Shown here: positions 13,596 through 23,760 of the stretch, piece by piece
Position numbering within the stretch: position 1 is the first letter of the stretch
How the letters are laid out: the number at the start of each line of letters is the position of its first letter
Source of the DNA: Sphyrna mokarran
Lineage: Eukaryota
Assembly (NCBI GenBank): GCA_024679065.1
Contig: JAGIQG010000009.1
Span: forward strand, 95,790,001 to 95,854,000
Direction: 5' to 3'
Length of the DNA: 64,000 bases
Notes under the pieces: model-generated
Seen by the model: only the letters and a program-made list of their open reading frames with translations
Told to the model about the DNA's origin: nothing
Database searches by the model: none
Position numbers and translations under genes: made by a program

Positions 13596-13800
13596 GGGTT
13601 TAGCTGGTGTTTGGGGCTCTGATGGGTTTAGCTGGTGTTTGGGGCTCTGATGGATTTATATGATGTTTGGGGATGTGATGGGTTTAGCTGGTGTTTGGGG
13701 CTCTGATGGTTTAGCTGGTGTTTGGGGCTCTGATGGGTTTAGCTGGTGTTTGGGAGTCTGATGGGTTTAGCTGGTGTTTAGGGCTCTGATGGGTTTAGCT
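13596..13800. repeat. 28-bp 3' UTR minisatellite (about 7 copies)
   Basis: GATGGGTTTAGCTGGTGTTTGGGGCTCT units. Confidence 0.9.
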
Positions 13801-14756
13801 TACAGATGCTGCATGTGATTTCATTAAGGTGACAGTGAGTGACAGATTCAAGCTCTAGATAAGGAAATCTGCAAATAGAACTGGGATGTTTTATCAGAGA
13901 TTGCTCTTTTTGCTGCTGAAAGTTTTAATCTCTTCTAATCTGTTCTGTTTACTCTGTGTTGAGTTAGGAATCCATTAACTCACTGCTGATTCATTGCTTT
14001 CTCTGTGCGATGACTGGACTGTGGAATGAGGGGATTCACTCCCTGGGACAATCCCTGAGGTTCACAAGGGTACCGAGAAAGTGGGACGGAGCTGTTGTAC
14101 TGAACCCACAGGCTGGGATTGGGAGGAATGAACTGTTAGGACTCAGGGAGTCTGTGTCTCAGAGACATTTTGATGCTGTGAGAATGTTTGGTTTCTGTTT
14201 TTCAAACCCGAATCTGCTCCAGCAAAATTTAACTTTGTTCTAGTTTCTACAATAAATGAGATTTATTTTTCACCTCCTGCCTCTGTAAAGTCTCCAGTAC
14301 AAAATTAATGCCACAGGGATAGAGCAACACCACTGTGGTGAAGGACATTTTAAGACGTAATAGAATGACACTCATTCAATCACACTTGCATTAGTATCCC
14401 AGTATCATTTCACAGTAACTTCATTGCAGTCTTAATTTAAGCTTACTTGTGATACTACTGCATAAACTTAAAATTTAAATTCCTCCACAAAATTCTCAGC
14501 CTATGTCCCACTCTAATAGCTATAGTGTTTATATAGTTGGTCCAGGTCAGTGTCTGGTCAATGGCAATCCCCAGGATGTTCATAGTGGGGGATTCAGTAA
14601 TAGTAATGCCATTGAATCACAGATAATTAAATGTTTAAAAGGCGCTAAACCACAATGTCCATTTGCAGAGCCAGTGCAAATAAAATAGGTGAAATAGCTT
14701 CCTTCTGCACCATAACAATTCTGGGATTCGAAATGTCAATTGAAATGTCAATTCTC

Positions 14757-16087
14757 GGAGGCTATTTCCCATGGCTGAAATGGTCACTACGAGAGGACAC
14801 GGGTTTAAGATACTGGGGGGCAAGGACAGAGGAGATGTTAAGGGTAAGATTTTCACTCAGAGGGTGGTGAGTGAATGGAATCGGCTGCCGTCAGTGGTGG
14901 TAGAGGCGAACTCGCTGGGGTCTTTTAAGAGACTTCTGGATGAGTACACGGGATTTAATGGGATTGGGAGTTACAGATAGTTCTATGGCCTGGTAGGTAC
15001 TGATATGATTGGCACAACTTATGGGCTGAAGGGTCTGTTTGTGCTGTAGTGTTCTATGTTAAAGTGAGTCAGGTTCAAAACTAATAGACAACTCTTCCTC
15101 AAGTACCGCACGGATCAGTTCTTGGCTCGCAATTGTTCCCTGTTTATACTGATAACATAGATGAAGGAACAGGATGTAAGGTTTCCAAATTTGCTGTTGA
15201 TATTGAGATTGGTGGAAGGCAGGGATATGATGAGTTCATTGTGATTCTGCAATGGGATAAGGATAGATTGGGTGACTGGGCAAAAATCTATCAAATGGGG
15301 TTTAATGGGGAAATTGTGAGATCATGCACTTTGGCAGAAGTAATATAGATTATTATCTAAATGGAGAGAGAGAGACTGCAGGTGAGTGAAGTATAGAGGG
15401 ATTTAGTTTTTTTAGTGCATGAATCACAAAAAGCTATCAGGTAGGTCCAACAGGGAGTTAAGAAAGCAGACAGCATTTTGGTCTTTGTTGCAAAGAAATT
15501 AGAATTTAAAAATGGGGAGATTTTGTTGCAATTGCATCGGGTATTGGTGAGGCCTCATCTGAAATATCTCATACAGTTTTGGTCCTCTTACCAACAAAGT
15601 ATATAGTATCCGTGGAGGCAGTCCATTCTTCACCTGGCTAATTTCTGGAACGACAGGGTTCACCTATCAAGGCAGAGTAAATAGTGTGGGTCTGTATTCC
15701 TTGGAGTTTAGAAGAGTGAGTGGTGACTCATTCAAACATATAAGATCTGTGGGAGCTTGACAGGGTGAGATGTTTTCACTCTGGGGAGAATCTCAAATAT
15801 GGGGATATAGCTGCAAGATAAAGAGCTGGTCATTTAAAACTGAGATGTGTAGAAATTTCTTCTCACAGAGTGTGGTGAATCTTTGGAATTCTCTGCCCCA
15901 AATGGTGATGGAGGTTGAATTATTTGTAGTATTTAAAGTGGAGATGGATGAATCTTTGATAGATCGAAGAATGGGCTGCTGGCTATGAGAAAAGAAGCTG
16001 AGGCAGACATAGATCAGCCATGATCATGTTGAGTGGTGGGGCAGGCTTGAAGGGCTTAGTGGCCTATTCCTGCTTCTTGTGTTCATG
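14757..16087 (+). mobile_element. Degenerate CR1-type LINE fragments (two adjacent pieces)
   Basis: ORFs contain TRGHGFKI, KVSKFAVD and RNFFSQSVVNLWNSLP. Confidence 0.8.
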
Positions 16088-16377
16088 TGATTTAGCAGTG
16101 TAGAATACACATCCACTCTCTGCTCCAAAAAAATGTCAATGTCTGTACAATTGGAGTTTCTAAGACTGATAGATATCATTGCTCCATAAATACTAAGGTA
16201 TGGGTTAGTCAGAAACGGGAGTTCAGTTGGCAGTGATCTAATTGGTGTGATGGGCAAGGCTGGCAGGATTAAGGAACACTGAGTGACTGGAGATATTGAG
16301 GCTCTGGCAATTAAAAAGGAAGTTGTCAGGTATAGGCAACTGGATTCAAGTGAATCCCTTGGAGAGTATGGGGGTGA

Positions 16378-16745
16378 TGCAACAAAAACTTCCTATTTTT
16401 AAATTCTAATTTCTTTGCAACAAAGACCAAAATGCTGTCTGCTTTCTTGACTCCCTATTGGACCTACCTGATAGCTTTTTGTGATTCATGCACTAAAAAA
16501 CTAAATCCCTCTATACTTCACTCACCTGCAGTCTCTCTCTCTCCATTTAGATAATAATCTATATTACTTCTGCCAAAGTGCATGACCTCACAATTTCCCC
16601 ATTAAACCCCATTTGACAGGTTTTTGCCCAGTCACCCAATCTATCCTTATCCCATTGCAGAATCACAATAAACTCATCATATCCCTGCCTTCCACCAATC
16701 TCAATATCAACAGCAAATTTGGAAACCTTACATCCTGTTCCTTCA
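16378..16745 (-). repeat. Inverted near-identical copy of 15162-15530
   Basis: The reverse complement matches over about 370 bp with few mismatches. Confidence 0.9.
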
Positions 16746-16949
16746 CCCTTTCCTTAAAAGGGAAATCAGGAGGGCCAAAAAGGGACATGTGACAGCTTTG
16801 GCAGAGAGGGCAAAAGAGTAACTAGGGAGACAATAGGGTCCCTTAAGAATGAAGGAGTTCTTCGAAACACGGCAGACTGCAGTAAGTTGGATCACGTGGG
16901 ATCCAGGGACAACTAACCAATTAGATATGAAATTGGCTTGCCAGTGGGG

Positions 16950-17070
16950 CCAGTAAGAAGTCTCACAACACTAGGTTTATTTGGAATCACAAGCTTTCAG
17001 AACACTGCTCCTTCTTCAGGTGAGTATTATTGTGTCCACCCCAGTCCAACACTGGTATCTCCACATCATG
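16950..17070 (-). mobile_element. Short Penelope-derived repeat containing a minimal hammerhead-like motif (16985-17025)
   Basis: Minus strand reads ACTCAC-CTGAAGA-A-GGAGCAGTGTTCT-GAAA-GC-TT-GTGA; shares termini with the Penelope copy at 49844. Confidence 0.65.
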
Positions 17071-17662
17071 GCTTGCTGGTAGGAGATGGTGGGTGGTGGT
17101 AGAGGGTTGTTTTTCAGACTGGGGGCATGTGACCACTGGTGTGCCACAGGGATTGGTGCTGGGTCCACTCTTATTTGTCATTTGTATAAATGAGTTGAAT
17201 GAGAATAAAAGAAGGCATACTTAGTAAGTTTATGGACGGCACCAAAATTGGTGGTGCAGTGGACATTGAAGAAGGTTTCTTTCCCTGAAGCGTAGGAGGA
17301 TGTGATGACCTTATAGAGGTTTATAAAATCATGAGGAACATAGAAAAGATAAAGAGACAAGGTCTTTTCTCCAGGGTAGACGCGTCTAAAACTAAAGGCT
17401 ATAGGTTAAAAAATGAGAAGAAAAAGTATAAAAAGGGACGAAAGGGGGCGATTTTTTTCACACAAGTGGTGGTGCGTAAATGGAACGAGATGCCAGAAGA
17501 GGTGGTTGACGTGGGTACAATTACAACATTTAAAATCAATATGGACAGGAATAGATGGGAAAGGTTGAGAGGAATATGGGCTGATTGCAGGCAAGTGTGA
17601 CTGGTTCAGGAAAGAAAACCTGGTGGACGTGTACGAGTTGGGCCGAAAATCTCTACGACTCT
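17071..17662 (+). mobile_element. Degenerate CR1 LINE
   Basis: TTGVPQGLVLGPLLF and FFTQVVVRKWNEMP. Confidence 0.8.
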
Positions 17663-17777
17663 AAGTGAACAGTTCGCTCAGACCTGCTCCCGTTCTTCAT
17701 GTCCTTCCCTCTATCACTGGATCGAACTCCTTTCAGCTCATCCTATCCGACAACTGACGTCAGCAGCTGTATTTACT

Positions 17778-17905
17778 TGATTGGACAATTCTCAACATTG
17801 AGACAGTTTCTAGCCGTGTTTGTGTCTATTCTGCCAGAGACTGATGACTCGGTCAATCTCTTTACTTTGATTGATTCAGTCCTTTTGCGTCAAATCAGAT
17901 TGAGG
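17778..17905 (+). promoter_or_regulatory. Gene A promoter: X1-X2-like box with a degenerate Y box
   Basis: CCAGAGACTGATGACTCG at 17834-17851; the Y position reads TTGATTGA instead of CTGATTGG; an extra TGATTGG lies at about 17778. Confidence 0.6.
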
Positions 17906-17992
17906 CTCAGTGTGAACAGGAAAAGACAGAAGGAGTGAGTTGTGGAAATGGTCTTTCTTTGAAAAAGAGTTTCCTCCAAATGTTTCCGCACC

Positions 17993-18056
17993 ATGAGGGA
18001 AGTAGCAGTGATTGGACTGATAGTGCTGGTCCTTCTGTGTGGAGAGGTGTCTGCAG
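17993..18056 (+). CDS. Gene A exon 1, leader MREVAVIGLIVLVLLCGEVSA
   Basis: ATG in a GCACCATGA context; GTGAGT donor. Confidence 0.88.
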
Positions 18057-21000
18057 GTGAGTGATGGGGTGTGAGAGGGGCAATGCCAGGCAGGGTACTG
18101 GGGTATTAACCCTTGGTTAGTGAGTGATGGGGTGTGAGAGGGGCAATGCCAGGCTGGGTGGAGGTTTTGCTCTTGGTTTGGAATCAGTGTTTTGGGGCTC
18201 ATGCTATAATCTGTATGTGTGTGTGTGAGAGAGAGAGGGTGTTGGTGTTTTTAGGATGTAATCCTGAATTCTCTCTATTTCAGGCTCTCACTCTCTCCAG
18301 CAATTCTTCACGGGAATGACTCCGATCCCAGGTTTCCCAGAATTTGTCGTTGTCGGTAATGTGGATGGTGTCCAGTTTGTTACGTACAACAGTGATCGGA
18401 GGGAGCTGATCCCCCGGGAACAGTGGATGGTGGACAGCGAGGGTCCGGCAGCCTGGGAGAGGAAGAAGAGCTTCGTACGGGAGCAGGAGATGCATTTTAA
18501 ACGTTGGATTCCGCTCCTCATGTCCCGCAGCAATCAGACAGGAGGTGAGTGCTCACTCTCCCAGCACCCGGGGATCCCGGTGGGAATGAGGAGAAACCCA
18601 GAGTGGATCAGGAACGGGGAGCCCGAGGCTGATTGGCTGCGATTGGAGATGTGACAGGAAATGTGATTGGCTATGAATGTGTGGAGGCATTGAGACTGGC
18701 TCTGATTGGCTGTGTGTGTGTGGGAGAGGGGGCAGAGTAGTTGGTGTTGATTGGCTGTGCAGGTGGGAATCACCCATTGGGACTGTCTCTGATTGGCTGT
18801 TTGTGTTTCTAATCTACAGGGATCCATGTCTACCAGCTGATGACTGGCTGTGACCTGAGGAATGATGGGACTTCGAGTGCATTCATCCAGTTTGGGTGGG
18901 ACGGACATGATTTTCTCAGCTTCGACCAAGATCACATGATATGGGAGACCCAGGTGCCCTGGGGGGAGAGCACCAAAAACAGGTGCGACCGGCTGACTGA
19001 CAACAACCAGCGATGGAAAGATTACCTGAAGGTGGAGTGTATCGAGTGGCTGAGAAAATACGTGGAGTATGGACAGGGAGAATTGAGAATCGGTGAGTGA
19101 GGAGGGAGTGAGTCAATGAGGAGAGTGAGTGAGAGTGGGTGAGTGAGGGGGGTAAGTGGAGTGGGGTGAGTGAGGGGGGTAGTGAGAGTGGGTGAGTGAG
19201 GGGGGTAGTGAGAGTCAGTGAGTGAGGGGGGAGTGAGAGTCGGTGAGTGAGGGGGGGAGTGAGAGTTGATGAAGTGGGTGATGCCGGGACTCTCTGTCTC
19301 AAGGTTCGTGTACTGACTCCTCTTTCTTTCTCTCTCAGTTGCCCCCGTCGTGTCCTTTACCCGTCTGGGTGATTCTAACCGGCTATCCTGTGCCGTCACC
19401 GGGTTTTACCCTCAAGCCATTGAGGTGAATCTGTGGAGAGACGGAGTGATGATTGGTGAGACTCTGTCCACTGGGATCTTACCCAATCATGACAGCACCT
19501 ACCAGATCCGGAAATGGATCGAGTTTGATCCAGTGGACCAGGCCGAGTATTCCTGTCGGGTGGAACACAGCGGGATGAAGGAGACATTGGTGGTGATTTA
19601 TGGTAAGACTGTTTCTCACTGTTAGAGAGGATCCAACCTCAGACCAGGATCACAGGAGGGAGGATCAGTGCTGATCTGTCAGCCCAGGACAGCCTGAGGC
19701 CCAGGACACAGAGAGAGGGAAATAAATATCATTCAATATCATACATTATGGTTTCACAGTACAACATGATACAGTGTATCATTGGATATTGTGATTGCAT
19801 TGGGCCTGGTGTAACATTGGACATGAGAGTAGGTCTTGACCTGGAGTGTTCTGGGATATTACAGTTGGTGATGCCCAGTGTATCGGGGATATTGCAGTAG
19901 CACAGATTGTGGTGTATCCTGGGATATTCCCGAAGGGCAAATACCAGTGTTTCTGGGATATTTTAGCTTCTCGTGACCTGGTGTATCCCGTGCTATTGCG
20001 GGGATAGGACACCGTGAAATATCAGAGAATGGAGAGAGCCTAGTATATCCAAGAGCAATGCTTTTCACTGTATACCAACACGTGTCAACAATAAATCGTA
20101 TCAAATATTACTGTAGGACCGGGCCTCAGTGCATCCTGGAAGTTTACTTCAGTCAGATTAAGATCAGTATTCAGAAAAGTAATGGAATTCCTTCCATTGG
20201 AGACAATTCATGAAAATCTAGAATCAAATTCTCTAATAATGAACAGTCAGCATGGATTTTGAACTGGAAAATGTTGTTTTACTCCACTTAGTGGAATTTT
20301 TGAGGATGTAACAAAAATAATAGACAATGGAAATGTAATAGATGTACTATATAATTTTTCAAATGTAATAGAAATCGGTCATGATGGACTGATTGACAAG
20401 GTCAAAGTAAGCAGAGTTATGGGATGAGTGACAGAATGGATTACTCACTGACTTTGGGACAGAAAGCAGAGAGTGTGAGTAAAGGGAGTTTCAGAGTTAC
20501 AAAAGGGGTAAATGATCCACAAGGTTCGGTGCTGGGATCACCGCTGTTCACAACTTACACTCCATAACTTGGATATTGGAATCAAAAACACCATTTCTTA
20601 GTTTGCAGATAACATCAAATTGGGGGAATTATTTGATTTTGAGGAGAACTAGAAGAAATTAATAGGACATGAATAAATTTCAGCAAATAGTCGGTGAATA
20701 AAGTTCAGCACAGATAAATGTGAGGTATTTTTCAGTTAATGATGAATAGTGTTGAGAAACAAAGGATCTTGGTGTACAAATACACCAATCAGTAAATGTA
20801 CAGTTACAAGTTAGGCAATAAACAAAATACAATCAAAAATCAGGTTTTACTTCTCAAGGAATAGAATTGTAAAGCAGGGATGTTATTGCCAAACCTTCGT
20901 TAGGCCACATTTAAAGACTGTGTGCAGTTCCGATCACCATTTCATACAAAGGATATAGAGTCAGGGGAGAGAATGTAGAGAAGATTTACAGAGATGATTC

Positions 21001-22624
21001 CAGAAATGGTGGATGGACATCTCAGAAAAGGATTGACTGGCTGGGTCTCCGCTCTTGGTAAAACAGAAGATTGAGGGTTGATCTAACTGAGAACTTTAAA
21101 ATTATGAAAGATGTTTTATAGACAGACACCCTCTTGTGCAAAGAGCATATCCAGTACCCATCAGTACCCCATGGGGAATTCATAAGAAACCTCTTCACCC
21201 AAAGAGTGATGAGAATGTGGAGCTCGCTGCCACAGGGAGTGGCTGAACTGAACATTATAGTTTAAGGGGAAGATAGACAAGCAAATGAAGGAGAAGGGAA
21301 TAGAGTTAAAATGGTTGAATTAGATGAGGAAAGATGGAAGGAGGCTCAAGTGGAACATAAATACCAGCAGCATGGGTGGAAAGGCCATTTCCTATGTTGT
21401 ATTTCCTGTGTTTCCTGACTCTCTCTTTATGATTCACTCTCACATTTCTGTTTCTTTCTCCCTGATTCACTCTCTCATTCTGTCTCCCTAATCTTACTCT
21501 ATCTCTCATTCTCTCTCTTAGTTGATTGTCCTCTCTCTCATTCTCTCCCATTCTCTCACATTCTATTTCACTCTGATTCTCACTTTTCCCACTCACTGAT
21601 TCACTCAGTCGCTCTGACTCTCTCTCTAACAGAACCAAAGTCTCGCTCCCAAGTTGCTGTTACTGTCGGGATTGTGGTCGGGGTCCTCGTGCTCATCATT
21701 CTCATCATTGTGGCTGTCGTCCTCTATAAGAAGAAAGGTAGGAATTGGAGGGCAAAGAGCGGTAGGTGAACTATAGTGCATCCAGGCAGTCTGGGAGCCT
21801 GGAATTGCCATGACTAGACTTTTGAATCAATTCACAATAATGAATGTCAGAGACAGTGGATAATAGTTCACTGGGGGCAGGGATTCTGGGAGAGTATTCC
21901 AGAGTAACGTTGGCTGAAGCTGTGGGTCTCCGGTTGGTGTGGTGGCGGGAAGGGGGTTGGTGAGTGAGTGGAAGAGCTGCAGGGTTGGGATAGGGTCAGT
22001 AAGGGGCTCATGGTAAAGGGGGAGTGTCTGAGAATTGTGGGAAGGGTCTCAAATTGGATGAGGAGTTCAGAGTATCAGTGAGGGCTCAGGTAAGAGTGAG
22101 GGTCCAACGACAGGATGGGAGGGAGGATCCAGGGTCAGGTAGGAGCGAGGGTCTCAGATTGTGGTGTGAGTGAAGGTTCAGAATTCAGTTGTAGGGGCTC
22201 AGTATGAGTGAGAGTTCCAGCCTCTGTCTCTGATTTTCTCTCAGTCTCATCACTCACTGAACATTCCTTGTTTTACAGGCAAAGGGAAGAACGACTACAA
22301 TCCTGCAAATAGTAAGCTGATCATCAAACACTGTCCTTATGCAAATGTGTACATCATTGTTCATTCTGTTTCAAACATTGTGTGTGTGTGTGCGTGTGCA
22401 TCTGTCATGCGTTTGTGTGTGAGTGTGTGGGCTTCTCTGTGTCATTGTCAGTATTGATGTGTGAGAATCTTTTTTTTTCTCTGTCTCTTTGTCTCTCTCA
22501 TATTCTCTTGATCACATCCATTGTCTCTGTCTCTCTGATAATGAACAAATTTTTGACACTTCTTCTTCCTTTAACAGCTTCTGATGGTGGGGATTCCTCA
22601 TCCAGATCCTCCACAAGTAGCTGA
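17993..22624 (+). CDS. MHC class I heavy chain gene A (non-classical type), complete, 348 aa; join(17993-18056,18284-18544,18820-19092,19339-19602,21633-21737,22279-22311,22578-22624)
   Basis: All introns are GT-AG and phase 1; the exons sum to 1047 nt with an open frame; leader, GSHSL alpha1 with NQT, C101/C164 alpha2, Ig-C1 alpha3, TM and a YNPA/Ser-rich tail. Confidence 0.95.
18284..18544 (+). CDS. Gene A exon 2, alpha1 domain
   Basis: GSHSLQQFFTGMTPIPGFPEF...VDGVQFVTYNSD...QWM...W...MSRSNQTG. Confidence 0.95.
18820..19092 (+). CDS. Gene A exon 3, alpha2 domain
   Basis: GIHVYQLMTGCDL...GWDGHDFLSFD...YLKVECIEWLRKYVEYG. Confidence 0.95.
19093..19275. repeat. G-rich minisatellite (about 25-bp unit) in gene A intron 3
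   Basis: Repeats of GTGAGTGAGGGGG(G/T)AGTGAGAGT; gene B has only about one unit. Confidence 0.8.
19339..19602 (+). CDS. Gene A exon 4, alpha3 Ig-C1 domain
   Basis: LSCAVTGFYP...LPNHDSTYQ...YSCRVEHSGM. Confidence 0.95.
20205..21412 (+). mobile_element. Old CR1 LINE remnant in gene A intron 4 (shared with gene B 56917-57830)
   Basis: Degenerate CR1 RT and 3' motifs; collinear with gene B intron 4. Confidence 0.7.
21633..21737 (+). CDS. Gene A exon 5, connecting peptide and transmembrane helix
   Basis: EPKSRSQVAVTVGIVVGVLVLIILIIVAVVLYKKK; preceded by a long CT-rich tract and an aacag acceptor. Confidence 0.92.
22279..22311 (+). CDS. Gene A exon 6, cytoplasmic (GKGKNDYNPAN)
   Basis: tttacag acceptor and gtaag donor; YxxA motif typical of class I exon 6. 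Confidence 0.85.
22578..22624 (+). CDS. Gene A exon 7, cytoplasmic (TSDGGDSSSRSSTSS*)
   Basis: ttaacag acceptor, Ser-rich tail, TGA at 22622-22624. Confidence 0.85.
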
Positions 22625-23052
22625 GGTATGAACTGTGTTGATAAACATTGGGAGTTGATCCTTCTAACTGGGATATTCCCACTGGATTTAACTGTACAAT
22701 CTGCTGGGTGGGATGTGAGCTCAATGTCTGTCTCTTGCTGTATAGTGACTAAAGAACAGCTCATCCATTCCGATACTGAGCTTTGAGACTGGCCTTCTGG
22801 AGACGGCTGCTCCTGTACAGTCTGAGAGTGGAGAGATTGTGGATATTGAGGTGTTGAAACATCCGGAAACATCACAGCCTCACCAACCTCTGCTAAGTTA
22901 CTCAATTTCCTGAAGGAATTTGTAACTCCCACACATTTCATTGAAGTTGGTCATTGAGGTATACCGCTCCCACAGGATTTAATATTTGTCGTGTTTTGAG
23001 ATGAGTCTGATCATTTGCTGAATGTTTGGGTTGTGGAGTAGAATTTAGGAGT

Positions 23053-23143
23053 TAAGCTGGTGTTTGAGGATCTGATGGGTTTAGCTTGTGTTTGGGGTCT
23101 GATGGGTTTAGCTGCTGTTTGGGGTTCTGATGGGTTTAGGTGG
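23053..23143. repeat. 3' UTR minisatellite of gene A (3-4 degenerate copies)
   Basis: GATGGGTTTAGCT..TGTTTGGGG units. Confidence 0.8.
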
Positions 23144-23169
23144 TGGTGTGTGGATGGAATGTTCAATCG

Positions 23170-23760
23170 TTGAAAATTTATGATTGAGACCAAGGCCATT
23201 CAGCCCATCGTAATCCTGACTGTTAAATGAAGAACTTTCCAGCCTAATCTTACCTTCCTATGCTCGGTCTGTAGCTCTGTGGATCAAAGCGCTTCAACTG
23301 GACATCCAAGAATTAATTTAATGTGGTAAGAGTTTTTACCTCTATCATCCTTTCAGACAGTGAACCCTGGATTCCTACCACCCTCTGGGTGAAAAACTCC
23401 TTCCTCATTGCTCCCCCCACCACCCTCCTTCCCCATCTTTCCAACGATGACTTTAAATCTGTGCCCCTGGTTTTTGACCCTCTGCTAAGGTAAATGTGTC
23501 ATCTCTATTTACCATGGTTCCTCATAATTATATCCACCTTGATGACCTTGTCCACATCATTTTTAAAATCCCTTTTGACCACATCTACCCCACTGCCCTC
23601 ATCAACCCTCCTTCTCACCTCTTCCAAATTTTAATTTAGTTTAGCCTAAATGAAGGTTTGTACCGTTCTTCAAAATTGATTCCAATAATTCTTCCAACAC
23701 CAAAATTACACTGACTGGTGTATAATTACTCAGATTACCTTTTCTTCTCTTTTCAATCCG
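23170..23760 (-). mobile_element. Degenerate CR1 fragments
   Basis: Reverse-strand CR1 3' motifs (ACCCTCTGGGTGAAAAA, GGCCATTCAGCCCATC). Confidence 0.55.

Larger units (their letters stand above)
12841..14256 (+). other. 3' end of a class I gene (fragment D): intron-5-like sequence joined to a 3' UTR homolog, with a candidate AATAAA
   Basis: 12841-12891 matches gene A intron 5 (22142-22190); 12911-12975 and 13287-13590 match the 3' UTRs of A (from 22652) and B (from 59420); the same UTR minisatellite follows; AATAAA at 14251. Confidence 0.75.

Noticed and set aside
21306-21638. Glu/Arg-rich minus-strand ORF (and the Leu/Ser-rich ORF at 57954)
   Set aside because: These are translations of the CT-rich polypyrimidine tract before the TM exon.
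17993-22624. Assigning a gene symbol (UAA, UBA etc.) or a species
   Set aside because: Anchor residue loss argues against classical UAA, but the lineage and species need a phylogeny or database search that I cannot run.
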